This document shows positions 8,477 to 16,560 of a stretch of 32,000 bases of DNA, piece by piece. The notes beneath the pieces were generated by a model, which was not told where the DNA came from, ran no database searches, and was given only the letters and a program-made list of their open reading frames with translations. The position numbers and the translations under genes were made by a program. The stretch comes from Candidatus Saccharimonadota bacterium (GTDB lineage Bacteria; Pseudomonadota; Gammaproteobacteria; Burkholderiales; Burkholderiaceae), in contig NZ_OZ026462.1 in assembly GCF_964019745.1 (NCBI RefSeq), positions 210,001-242,000 of the forward strand, in the 5' to 3' direction. Position 1 is the first letter of the stretch, and the number at the start of each line of letters is the position of its first letter.

Positions 8477-8839
8477 ATGATTTTTATAATTAAAAATAAA
8501 AAACTTAAAATAACACCTTCAAATATTTCACTTACTAATAAAGCTATTTTAAGAATTAAATCTATTATAAAAAAAAAAAAAGAATTAAAATTACGAATTT
8601 TTATAAAAGGGGGGGGGTGTTCTGGTTTTAAATATGGTTTTATTTTAGAAAAATTAGTAAATTTTGATGATATAATTATCATTTTAAATGATATTCAATT
8701 ATTAGTTGATTTTATAAGTTATCAATATTTAATAGGTTCAAAAATTGATTATTATGATGATATAAATGGTTCAAAATTTATTGTTAATAATCCTAATGCT
8801 ATTACTACTTGTGGTTGTGGTTCTTCTTTTTCTATATAA
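8477..8839 (+). CDS. erpA: Iron-sulfur cluster insertion protein, A-type carrier (ErpA/IscA family)
   Basis: [19 protein letters not shown] and the C-terminus [20 protein letters not shown] nearly match the E. coli ErpA C-terminus ..[20 protein letters not shown]. Confidence 0.88.
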   Translation: MIFIIKNKKLKITPSNISLTNKAILRIKSIIKKKKELKLRIFIKGGGCSGFKYGFILEKLVNFDDIIIILNDIQLLVDFISYQYLIGSKIDYYDDINGSKFIVNNPNAITTCGCGSSFSI

Positions 8840-8941
8840 AATTATATTTTTATTTAAAAAAAATAATATATTTTTATATATATTTTATATAATATATTAA
8901 TATTTTTATAAAATTTTTTTATTTAATTTTTAAAATTTCAA

Positions 8942-9263
8942 AATAAATTTGACAATCGCTGATTATAAATATTTATTAATATTATAATAAGAGGAAGGTC
9001 TGGACTCCTAAGAGCAAAATGACGGATAATTACCGTACATTATTATTATAATAATGATGAATAGGGCCACAGAGACGAGCATATTTAGTTATGGTGAAAC
9101 GCGGTAACCTCCATTTGGGAGCAATTCTAAAATATGTACATTGATGTTGCTCGCTTAGTACTTTGGTAAGAAGCTTGAATTTTAAAGTAATTTAAAATCT
9201 AGATAAATGATTGTCATAATAATAAATAAATTATTATTACAGAATCCAGCCTATAAATTTATT
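8942..9263 (+). ncRNA. rnpB: RNase P RNA, bacterial type A, size-reduced (about 320 nt)
   Basis: Universally conserved blocks are present: GAGGAAGGTCTGGACTCC (8991-9008), GGGCCACAGAGACGAGC (about 9064-9080), GGTGAAACGCGGTAACCTCCATTTGGGAGCAA (9093-9124), CTAGATAAATGATTGTC (9199-9215) and ACAGAATCCAGCCTATA (9239-9255). P1 is AATAAATTT/AAATTTATT and P2 is GACAATC/GATTGTC. Ends are +/-5 nt. Confidence 0.9.
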
Positions 9264-9280
9264 AAAAATATTTAAATATA

Positions 9281-9316
9281 ATAATTAAATTTATTTTTAT
9301 AAATAAATTTAATTAT
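9281..9316 (+). terminator. Perfect 16-bp A/T-only hairpin (4-nt loop) 18 nt downstream of rnpB; possible terminator or processing hairpin
   Basis: ATAATTAAATTTATTT-TTAT-AAATAAATTTAATTAT. There is no G:C pair and no clean U-tract. In pure A/T spacer DNA such repeats are only marginally unexpected. Confidence 0.25.
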
Positions 9317-9372
9317 TAAATTTAGAGTAAAATAAAAAAATATTATAAAATAATGTTAAATATTATTTATAT

Positions 9373-9460
9373 TATAAAAATATAAAAATATAAAAATATA
9401 AAAATATAAAAATATAAAAATATAAAAATATAAAAATATAAAAATATAAAAATATAAAAA
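9373..9460. repeat. Perfect tandem repeat, 8-bp unit TATAAAAA x 11 (88 bp)
   Basis: Counted unit by unit from the 10-nt blocks, with no substitutions. It ends 21 nt before the rsmH ATG. Confidence 0.95.
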
Positions 9461-9481
9461 TGTATATAATATATATAATAT

Positions 9482-10393
9482 ATGAAATATAATTTTAATT
9501 TTTTTCATTATCCTGTTTTATTAAAAGAAGTTATTAAAGCTTTAAATATAAATCATAAAAGATCAAATGGTATTTATGTAGATTGTACATTTGGTGGTGG
9601 TGGTCATAGTTTAAAAATTTTAAAATCTTTAAGTAATAAAGGAAAATTAATAGCTTTGGAAAAAGATCCATTATCTATAATTAATTCTAAAAAAATTAAA
9701 GATTCAAGATTTAGTATATTTAATACGAGTTTTGTTAATTTAGAAAAAATTTTATTAAAAAATAATATAAAATATGTTGATGGAATTTTAATGGATTTAG
9801 GTATTTCATTAATGCAAATAAATGATATTAATCGTGGTTTTAGTTTTAAACTTAATGGTTTTTTAGATATGCGTATAAATAATACTCAAGGTTTATCAGC
9901 AAAAGAATGGCTTGTTAAAGCAGAAGAAAAAAATATTTTTAATGTTATTAAAAAATATGGAGAAGAAAAGTATGCTTTTAATATAGCAAAAAATATTATT
10001 TTATATAGAAAAATTAAACCTATTTTAACAACTTTTCAGTTATCAAAAATAATTCAAGAAAGTATAAAGTATAAAAAATGTAAAGGACATTTATCTACTA
10101 AAACTTTTCAAGCTATTAGAATTTTTATTAATAATGAATTAGAAGAATTAAAAATAGGTTTAAAAATTGCTTTTAATAAAATTTCTAAAAATGGAAGATT
10201 AGTTATTATTAGTTTTCATTCTTTAGAAGATAAAATTGTAAAAAAATTTATGAAATCTAAATTAAATTTTAATATAAAAAAAAAAAAATTTTCTATTAAA
10301 TTATTTCGTAAAATTAAACCTAATAGATTTGAAATTTTTTCAAATTCACATTCTCGTTCTGCGATTATGAGATATATTGAACGTATTTTTTAA
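9482..10393 (+). CDS. rsmH: 16S rRNA (cytosine1402-N4)-methyltransferase
   Basis: Motifs HYPVLLKEV, DCTFGGGGHS (SAM site), DLGISLMQ and SFHSLEDKIVK are present. 303 aa. Confidence 0.92.
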   Translation: MKYNFNFFHYPVLLKEVIKALNINHKRSNGIYVDCTFGGGGHSLKILKSLSNKGKLIALEKDPLSIINSKKIKDSRFSIFNTSFVNLEKILLKNNIKYVDGILMDLGISLMQINDINRGFSFKLNGFLDMRINNTQGLSAKEWLVKAEEKNIFNVIKKYGEEKYAFNIAKNIILYRKIKPILTTFQLSKIIQESIKYKKCKGHLSTKTFQAIRIFINNELEELKIGLKIAFNKISKNGRLVIISFHSLEDKIVKKFMKSKLNFNIKKKKFSIKLFRKIKPNRFEIFSNSHSRSAIMRYIERIF

Positions 10394-10464
10394 ATTGTAT
10401 ATAAAAATATATTTTTTAAAAAAAATATTAAAATAAATAAAAATATTTATATTTATTATTTAAT

Positions 10465-13086
10465 ATGTTTTTAAAAAAATTTTTTTTAAATAATTTTAAA
10501 AAAGAAAAATATCAAGATATTATTAAAAATATTAATAATTTTGAAAATAAAATTAAAAAATTATCTGATATTCAATTAAAAAATAAAACGTTATTATTTA
10601 AAGAAAAAATTTTAAATGGTTGTACATTAGAAGAAATTTTACCAGAGGTTTTTGCTGTATGTAGAGAAGCTAGTAAACGTATTTTAAAGATGCGTCATTT
10701 TGATGTACAATTAATGGGGGGTATAGTTTTACATTATGGTAAAATTGCAGAAATGGGTACAGGAGAAGGTAAAACATTAATGTCTACTTTAACAGCTTAT
10801 TTAAATGCTTTATCTGGTAAAGGTGTTCATATTGTTACAGTTAATGAATATTTAGCTATTCGTGATTTTAAATTAATGAAAAATCTTTATAATTGGTTAG
10901 GTATAAATGTTAGTTTAAATTTATCAAATTTTAAATATAAATTAAAAAATAAATCTTATAATTCTGATATAATTTATGGAACAAATAATGAATTTGGTTT
11001 TGATTATTTAAGAGATAATATAGTTTATTGTAAAAAGTATAAAGTTCAAAAAAAATTAAATTTTGTTATTATTGATGAAGTAGATTCTATTTTAATTGAT
11101 GAAGCACGAGTACCTTTAATTTTATCACATTCTATAGAAAATAATATAAATTTATGTTTTAAAATTAATAATGTATTAAAAGAATTAAAAATATGTAATG
11201 ATTTTTTAAAAAAAAAATATTTTTTTTTAAAAAAAAAAAAATTTGAAGGTTATTATATTAAAAATAAAAAAAAATTTCAAGTATGGTTAACTGATTTAGG
11301 TTATATAAAAATTGAAAATATTTTAATTAAAATTGGTTTAATTTCTGAAAGATTTTCTTTATATAATAATTCAAATATTATAATTTTATATTATATATAT
11401 GCTTCTTTACGTGCGCATATTTTATATCATGTAAATAAACATTATATTATAAAAAATGGTTTAATAGTTATTGTTGATGAATTTACAGGTAGATTAACAT
11501 CTGAAAGAAGATGGGGGGATGGTTTACATCAAGCAATAGAAGCAAAAGAAGGTTTAAAAATTCAAAGTGAAAATCAAATAATTGCTTCTATTACATTTCA
11601 AAATTATTTTAGAATGTATAAAAAAATTTCAGGTATGACAGGAACTGCTGCTACGGAAGCTTATGAATTTAAAGAAATTTATAATTTAGAAACTATTGTA
11701 ATCCCTCCAAATAAAAAATCTATAAGAAAAGATTTTGAAGATAAAATTTATATAACTAAAAAAATAAAATATAAAGCTATTATCAAAGATATTAATAAAT
11801 GTTATAATATAGGACAACCAGTATTAGTATGCACAATTTCTATTAAAAATTCCGAATTAATTTCTTTTATTTTAAAAAAAAAAAATATACCTCATAATGT
11901 TTTAAATGCAAAATTTCATAAAAATGAAGCATATATTATTTCACAAGCTGGAAAATTTAAAGCAATAACTATTGCTACAAATATGGCTGGACGTGGAACA
12001 GATATTATTTTAGGAGGAAATTTTAAAAATGAAATAAAAATAATTAAAAAAAATTTAAATTATTCTAAAAAAAAAAAAAAAAAAAAAATAGAAAAAATTA
12101 AAAAAAATATTAAATTTTTAAATAAAGTTGTAATTAGTTTGGGGGGTCTTAAAGTTATTAGTATAGAAAGACATGAATCACGAAGAATTGATAATCAATT
12201 TAAAGGTAGAACAGCACGTCAAGGTGATCCTGGATCATGTTGTTTTTATTTATCTTTAGAAGATCCTTTGATAAAAATTTTTTGTGGAAATTATATTGAT
12301 AATATTATTAATAAATTTGATTTTTTTAAAGATGAATTAATTCAATCAAGAATTATTACTAAATCTATTGAATTAGCACAAAAAAAAATTGAATATTTAA
12401 ATTTTAATATAAGAAAAAAAATATTAGAATATGATGATATAATAAATAATCAAAGAAAAATTCTTTATAAAGAACGTGATGTTATTTTAAATATTAAAAA
12501 TGTTTCAAAAATTATTTTTTTATTTATAAAACAATTTTTTATTAAATTATTTAAAAAATATGTTTCTAGTGATTCTTTAAAAAATAAATGGAATTTATTA
12601 TATATAGATAATATTTTAAATATTGAATTAAAAATTAATATTTCTTTGCAAAATATTTATAAAAAAAATTTAAATATAACAAAAAAAAATTTATTAAATA
12701 TTTTATTAAAAAAAATAAATTTTTATTTAAATAAAAAAATTATTAATTTAACAAAAAAAAAATTTAATAATTTTTCTAAATTTTTAATTTTAAAAAGTAT
12801 AGATTTTTTTTGGAGAGAATATTTATTTATTTTAGAATATTTAAAACAAGGTATTTATTTAAGAGGATATATTCAAAAAAATCCTAAACGTGAATATAAA
12901 AAAGAATCTTTTAAATTATTTAATAAAATGTTAAATTTAATTGAAGAAGAAATTATAAAAATAATTTTAGGAATTTCTATTAAAGATTTTAATTTTTTTA
13001 ATAAAGAAAAATTAGGTTATAATAATAATATAACTTATATTTATTTACGTAAAAAATATTTTACATATAGTATATATGATAAATAA
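10465..13086 (+). CDS. secA: Preprotein translocase ATPase SecA, lacking the C-terminal zinc-finger tail
   Basis: Motifs MGTGEGKTL (Walker A), IIDEVDSILIDEA, TNMAGRGTDI and ERHESRRIDNQFKGRTARQGDPG are present. 873 aa. Confidence 0.95.
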   Translation: MFLKKFFLNNFKKEKYQDIIKNINNFENKIKKLSDIQLKNKTLLFKEKILNGCTLEEILPEVFAVCREASKRILKMRHFDVQLMGGIVLHYGKIAEMGTGEGKTLMSTLTAYLNALSGKGVHIVTVNEYLAIRDFKLMKNLYNWLGINVSLNLSNFKYKLKNKSYNSDIIYGTNNEFGFDYLRDNIVYCKKYKVQKKLNFVIIDEVDSILIDEARVPLILSHSIENNINLCFKINNVLKELKICNDFLKKKYFFLKKKKFEGYYIKNKKKFQVWLTDLGYIKIENILIKIGLISERFSLYNNSNIIILYYIYASLRAHILYHVNKHYIIKNGLIVIVDEFTGRLTSERRWGDGLHQAIEAKEGLKIQSENQIIASITFQNYFRMYKKISGMTGTAATEAYEFKEIYNLETIVIPPNKKSIRKDFEDKIYITKKIKYKAIIKDINKCYNIGQPVLVCTISIKNSELISFILKKKNIPHNVLNAKFHKNEAYIISQAGKFKAITIATNMAGRGTDIILGGNFKNEIKIIKKNLNYSKKKKKKKIEKIKKNIKFLNKVVISLGGLKVISIERHESRRIDNQFKGRTARQGDPGSCCFYLSLEDPLIKIFCGNYIDNIINKFDFFKDELIQSRIITKSIELAQKKIEYLNFNIRKKILEYDDIINNQRKILYKERDVILNIKNVSKIIFLFIKQFFIKLFKKYVSSDSLKNKWNLLYIDNILNIELKINISLQNIYKKNLNITKKNLLNILLKKINFYLNKKIINLTKKKFNNFSKFLILKSIDFFWREYLFILEYLKQGIYLRGYIQKNPKREYKKESFKLFNKMLNLIEEEIIKIILGISIKDFNFFNKEKLGYNNNITYIYLRKKYFTYSIYDK
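12067..12088 (+). repeat. About 22-nt A homopolymer inside secA (encodes K7)
   Basis: Block count is 4+10+8 A. It is in frame, reading YS-KKKKKKK-IEKIK, and is flanked by the conserved IEKIK also found in E. coli SecA. Confidence 0.85.
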
Positions 13087-13104
13087 TATATTTTTTTAAA
13101 AATT

Positions 13105-13196
13105 GCCTGAGTGGTGGAATTGGTAGACACAACGGACTTAAAATCCGTGGCTTATCTTTAAAAAGAGGCGTACCGGTTCAATTCCGGTCTCAGGTA
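13105..13196 (+). tRNA. tRNA-Leu (anticodon UAA), type II
   Basis: GCCTGAG-TG-GTG-GAATTGGTAGA-CAC-A-ACGGA-CTTAAAA-TCCGT-(long arm)-ACCGG-TTCAATT-CCGGT-CTCAGGT-A. It resembles E. coli leuZ as I recall it. G1 pairs with U72. No CCA is encoded. It starts 18 nt after the secA stop. Confidence 0.88.
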
Positions 13197-13205
13197 TTTT
13201 AAAAT

Positions 13206-13652
13206 TTAATATTTATTTTTTATTTTATATTCGTTATATTTTATTAAATCTTTTTTTTTTTGTATTTCTTTTTTATTATATTGTTTTTTACCTTTTACTA
13301 ACCCTATTTTTGCTTTTATTAATGATTTATTATAATGTAAATCTAAAAGTATCATTGTATATCTATTTTTATTAATTTTCCCTATTAATTTTTTAATTTC
13401 TATTTTTTTTAATAATATTTTTTTTGTTCTATTGGTATTTATTTTATTAAATTTTGAAAAATTTTTAAAATTATTAATATATAAATTAATAATAAAAAAT
13501 TCATTTTTATATATTTTTATATAAGATTCTTTTATTTGAGTCATACCTAAACGTATTGATTTTACTTCCCAACCTTTTAATACAATTCCTGCTTCATAAG
13601 TTTCTTTTATATAATAATTAAAAAATGCTTTTTTATTTTTAGTAATAATCAT
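13206..13652 (-). CDS. smpB: SsrA-binding protein (trans-translation)
   Basis: The 148-aa ORF carries KNKKAFFNYYIKETYEAGIVLKGWEVKSIR and a basic C-terminal tail. Confidence 0.9.
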   Translation of the reverse strand: MIITKNKKAFFNYYIKETYEAGIVLKGWEVKSIRLGMTQIKESYIKIYKNEFFIINLYINNFKNFSKFNKINTNRTKKILLKKIEIKKLIGKINKNRYTMILLDLHYNKSLIKAKIGLVKGKKQYNKKEIQKKKDLIKYNEYKIKNKY

Positions 13653-13861
13653 ATTTTATATTATTTAATAATTTTATTAAATTTTTAATATTATTTAAAA
13701 TATATATAATAATATATGTAAAATATATATATTATATTTTATAAATTTATTATTATTATTTATAAAAAAATATATTATTATATATAATATATTAATAATA
13801 TATTAAAATTTTTAAAACAATTAATTTATTAATAAAAATAAATTTTATATTTATAAAAAAT

Positions 13862-14413
13862 ATGAGAACTGAAAAAAATTATGATTTATATTCAAGATTA
13901 TTAAATGATAGAATTATTTTTTTATCAGGTTTTATTAATGATATATTAGCAAATTTAATAGTTGCTCAATTGCTTTTTTTAGAAAGTGAAAATTCTAATA
14001 AAGATATTTTTTTATATATTAATTCTCCTGGGGGTTCAATAACATCTGGAATGGCAATTTTTGATACTATGAAATTTATAAAACCTAGAGTTTCTACATT
14101 ATGTATTGGTTTAGCAGCTTCTATGGGGGCTTTTTTACTTTCTTCTGGTGAAAAAGGTTATCGTTTTTCTTTACCTAATTCTAGAATAATGATTCATCAA
14201 CCTTCAGGTGGTATTCGTGGTCAAGCTTCAGATATAGAAATTCAAGCAAAAGAAATATTATTTTTTAAAAATCTTTTAAATTTAATTTTATCAAAAAATA
14301 CAGGAAAAACAGTAGAAAAAATTAAAAATGATAGTGATAGAGATAATTTTATGTCAGCTGATGAAGCAAAAAAATATGGTTTAATAGATAAAATTTTATT
14401 TAAAAGAATTTAA
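13862..14413 (+). CDS. clpP: ATP-dependent Clp protease proteolytic subunit
   Basis: Motifs [49 protein letters not shown] (Ser), MIHQP (His) and RDNFMSA (Asp) are present. Confidence 0.95.
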   Translation: MRTEKNYDLYSRLLNDRIIFLSGFINDILANLIVAQLLFLESENSNKDIFLYINSPGGSITSGMAIFDTMKFIKPRVSTLCIGLAASMGAFLLSSGEKGYRFSLPNSRIMIHQPSGGIRGQASDIEIQAKEILFFKNLLNLILSKNTGKTVEKIKNDSDRDNFMSADEAKKYGLIDKILFKRI

Positions 14414-14456
14414 TTTTTAAAAATAATTTTTATTTATTAATAAATATAATAAAAAA

Positions 14457-15344
14457 TTATATTTTTAATAAAGATTTTGTTAATTTTCCTATTTTAGAAG
14501 GATTATTAGTAATTTTAATTCCACATTCTTCTAAAACTTCTAATTTTGCTTTTGCAGTATCTTTGCCACTTGTAATTAATGCTCCAGCATGCCCCATAAT
14601 TTTTCCTTTTGGTGCTGTTATTCCAGCTATGAATGAAATAACAGGTTTTTTGGAATTTTTTTTAATCCAAAGTGCTGCTTCTATTTCATCTTCTCCACCA
14701 ATTTCACCAATCATTACTATTGCGTCTGTTTTTTTATCATTATTAAACTTTTTAATTATATCAATGAATTTTAATCCATTAATTGGATCACCACCTATAC
14801 CTATAGCTGTTGATTGTCCTAAGCCTAATTCTGTTAATTGATTAACAGCTTCATATGTTAAAGTTCCTGATCTAGAAACAATTCCTATATTTCCTTTTTT
14901 ATGTATATGTGTAGGCATAATTCCTATTTTTATTTCTTCTGGTGTAATAATCCCAGGACAATTAGGACCTAATAATAAAGTTTTACTTTTTATAATTTTC
15001 ATATAATCTTTTATAATTAACATATCTTTTATTGGTATTCCTTCTGTAATACAAATTACTAATTTTAAATTAGCATTTATTGCTTCTAATATAGCTTGTA
15101 TAACATTTGGTACTGGTACATATATTACAGAAACTGTTGCTTTTGTATTTTTTTTTGCTTCTTGTACATTTTTATATATTGGTATTCCATCAAAATTTTC
15201 TCCTGCTTTTTTAGGATTTACTCCTGCAACAAATGCTTTTTTTCCAAAAGCATAATTTTTACAAATTTTTGTATGAAAACTTGCAATTTTTCCTGTTATA
15301 CCTTGAGTAATAACTTTTGTTTTATTATTAATAAGTATTGACAT
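14457..15344 (-). CDS. sucD: Succinyl-CoA synthetase alpha subunit
   Basis: It is collinear with E. coli SucD, with MSILINNKTKVITQGITG, GPNCPGIITP, VSRSGTLTYEA and the phosphohistidine loop MGHAGA. Confidence 0.95.
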   Translation of the reverse strand: MSILINNKTKVITQGITGKIASFHTKICKNYAFGKKAFVAGVNPKKAGENFDGIPIYKNVQEAKKNTKATVSVIYVPVPNVIQAILEAINANLKLVICITEGIPIKDMLIIKDYMKIIKSKTLLLGPNCPGIITPEEIKIGIMPTHIHKKGNIGIVSRSGTLTYEAVNQLTELGLGQSTAIGIGGDPINGLKFIDIIKKFNNDKKTDAIVMIGEIGGEDEIEAALWIKKNSKKPVISFIAGITAPKGKIMGHAGALITSGKDTAKAKLEVLEECGIKITNNPSKIGKLTKSLLKI

Positions 15345-15354
15345 ATAAAAATTT

Positions 15355-16521
15355 TTAATTAATTTTAGTTAATAATATTGCTTCTTTTGTAGCTTTTTCA
15401 AAATTATCTATAATTTTAATTTTTAATTTAGATTTATTTAAAATATTTTTAGCTTTTTTTTCATTTGTTCCTTTTAATCTTATAATAATAGGAATTTTTA
15501 TATTTATAATTTTTGAAGCTAAAATTAAACCTTTAGCAATTATATCGCATTTTATTATTCCTCCAAATATATTAATAAATATAATTTTAATTTTTTTATT
15601 TTTTAACATTATTTTAAATGATTTTGCAATATTTTTTTTGTTAATATTACCACCAATATCTAAAAAATTTGCTGGTTCTCCTCCAAAATATTTTATAATA
15701 TCCATAGTAGCCATTGCTAATCCAGCACCATTTACTAAACAACCAATATCTCCTTTAAGTGAGATATATGACATCCCTAATTTTGAAGCATTTATTTCAT
15801 TTTTATTTTCTTTGTTAATTTTTTGTAATTTTAATATTTCTGGATGTCTAAAAAGTGCATTTTTATCAAAATTAAATTTTATATCTAAAACTATTAAATC
15901 ATTTTTTTTTGTTATAATAAAAGGATTTATTTCTAATAAAACAGAATCTGTTTTCCAATATGCTTTATATATTCTTTGTATTTGTTTTTTAATTTTATTA
16001 GTATTATTTTTATTGATTTTTAATATATTAATAATATTATTAATTATTTTATTTTTTATTTTTTCTCTAGGATTAATATATATTTTATATATTGATTGAG
16101 GATTTTCAAGAGAAGTTTTTTCTATTTCTATACCTCCGTATTTTGAGATAATAATAATTATTTTTTGAGTTATTCTATCTGTTAAAATACTAATATAAAA
16201 TTCTTTTTTAAATGAAATTTTTTCTTCAATTAATATTGAATTTATTATTTCTCCTTTTTTTTTTGTTTGATTAGTAATAATTCTTTTATTTAACATTTTT
16301 TTAGTATATTTTTCAACTTCATATAAAGATTTAGCAATTTTTATACCATTATTTTTACCTCTTCCTCCAGAATAAATTTGAGCTTTAATAACCCATTTTG
16401 ATCCACCAATATATTTAGCAGCTTTTATAGCTTCATTATATGTTTTGCAATGAATTCCTTTAGGAATATTTATTTTAAAATTTTGTAAAATTTTTTTTCC
16501 TTGATATTCATATATATTCAT
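15355..16521 (-). CDS. sucC: Succinyl-CoA synthetase beta subunit
   Basis: Motifs MNIYEYQGK, GGRGK and GCLVNGAGLAMATMDII are present. It lies 10 nt upstream of sucD. An AGGA lies 5 nt before the ATG. Confidence 0.92.
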   Translation of the reverse strand: MNIYEYQGKKILQNFKINIPKGIHCKTYNEAIKAAKYIGGSKWVIKAQIYSGGRGKNNGIKIAKSLYEVEKYTKKMLNKRIITNQTKKKGEIINSILIEEKISFKKEFYISILTDRITQKIIIIISKYGGIEIEKTSLENPQSIYKIYINPREKIKNKIINNIINILKINKNNTNKIKKQIQRIYKAYWKTDSVLLEINPFIITKKNDLIVLDIKFNFDKNALFRHPEILKLQKINKENKNEINASKLGMSYISLKGDIGCLVNGAGLAMATMDIIKYFGGEPANFLDIGGNINKKNIAKSFKIMLKNKKIKIIFINIFGGIIKCDIIAKGLILASKIINIKIPIIIRLKGTNEKKAKNILNKSKLKIKIIDNFEKATKEAILLTKIN

Positions 16522-16560
16522 AAAAATCCTTTATATAAAATAAAAAATATATTTTTAATA

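Noticed and set aside
8470-8682. 70-aa minus-strand ORF overlapping erpA.
   Set aside because: It is antisense to erpA, whose identity is strongly supported by GGGCSGF and CGCGSSFSI. It is a typical shadow ORF.
9373-9460. Possible CRISPR-like array.
   Set aside because: The units are 8 bp and directly abutting with no spacers, and no cas genes are present. It is a simple tandem microsatellite.
13653-13861. tmRNA (ssrA) next to smpB.
   Set aside because: The spacer is essentially pure A/T. It has no tRNA-like acceptor/T-arm sequence and no G/C-containing core, and no other spacer in the window has one either.
14563-15341. Two plus-strand ORFs (14563-14841 and 15096-15341) inside sucD.
   Set aside because: Both are antisense shadow ORFs of a highly conserved gene. 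Their Pro/Ile/Phe-rich or Cys/Phe-rich compositions have no homologue-like motifs.
15638-16099. 153-aa plus-strand ORF inside sucC.
   Set aside because: It is antisense to sucC. Long antisense ORFs are expected where the sense strand is relatively G/C-richer. It has no motifs.
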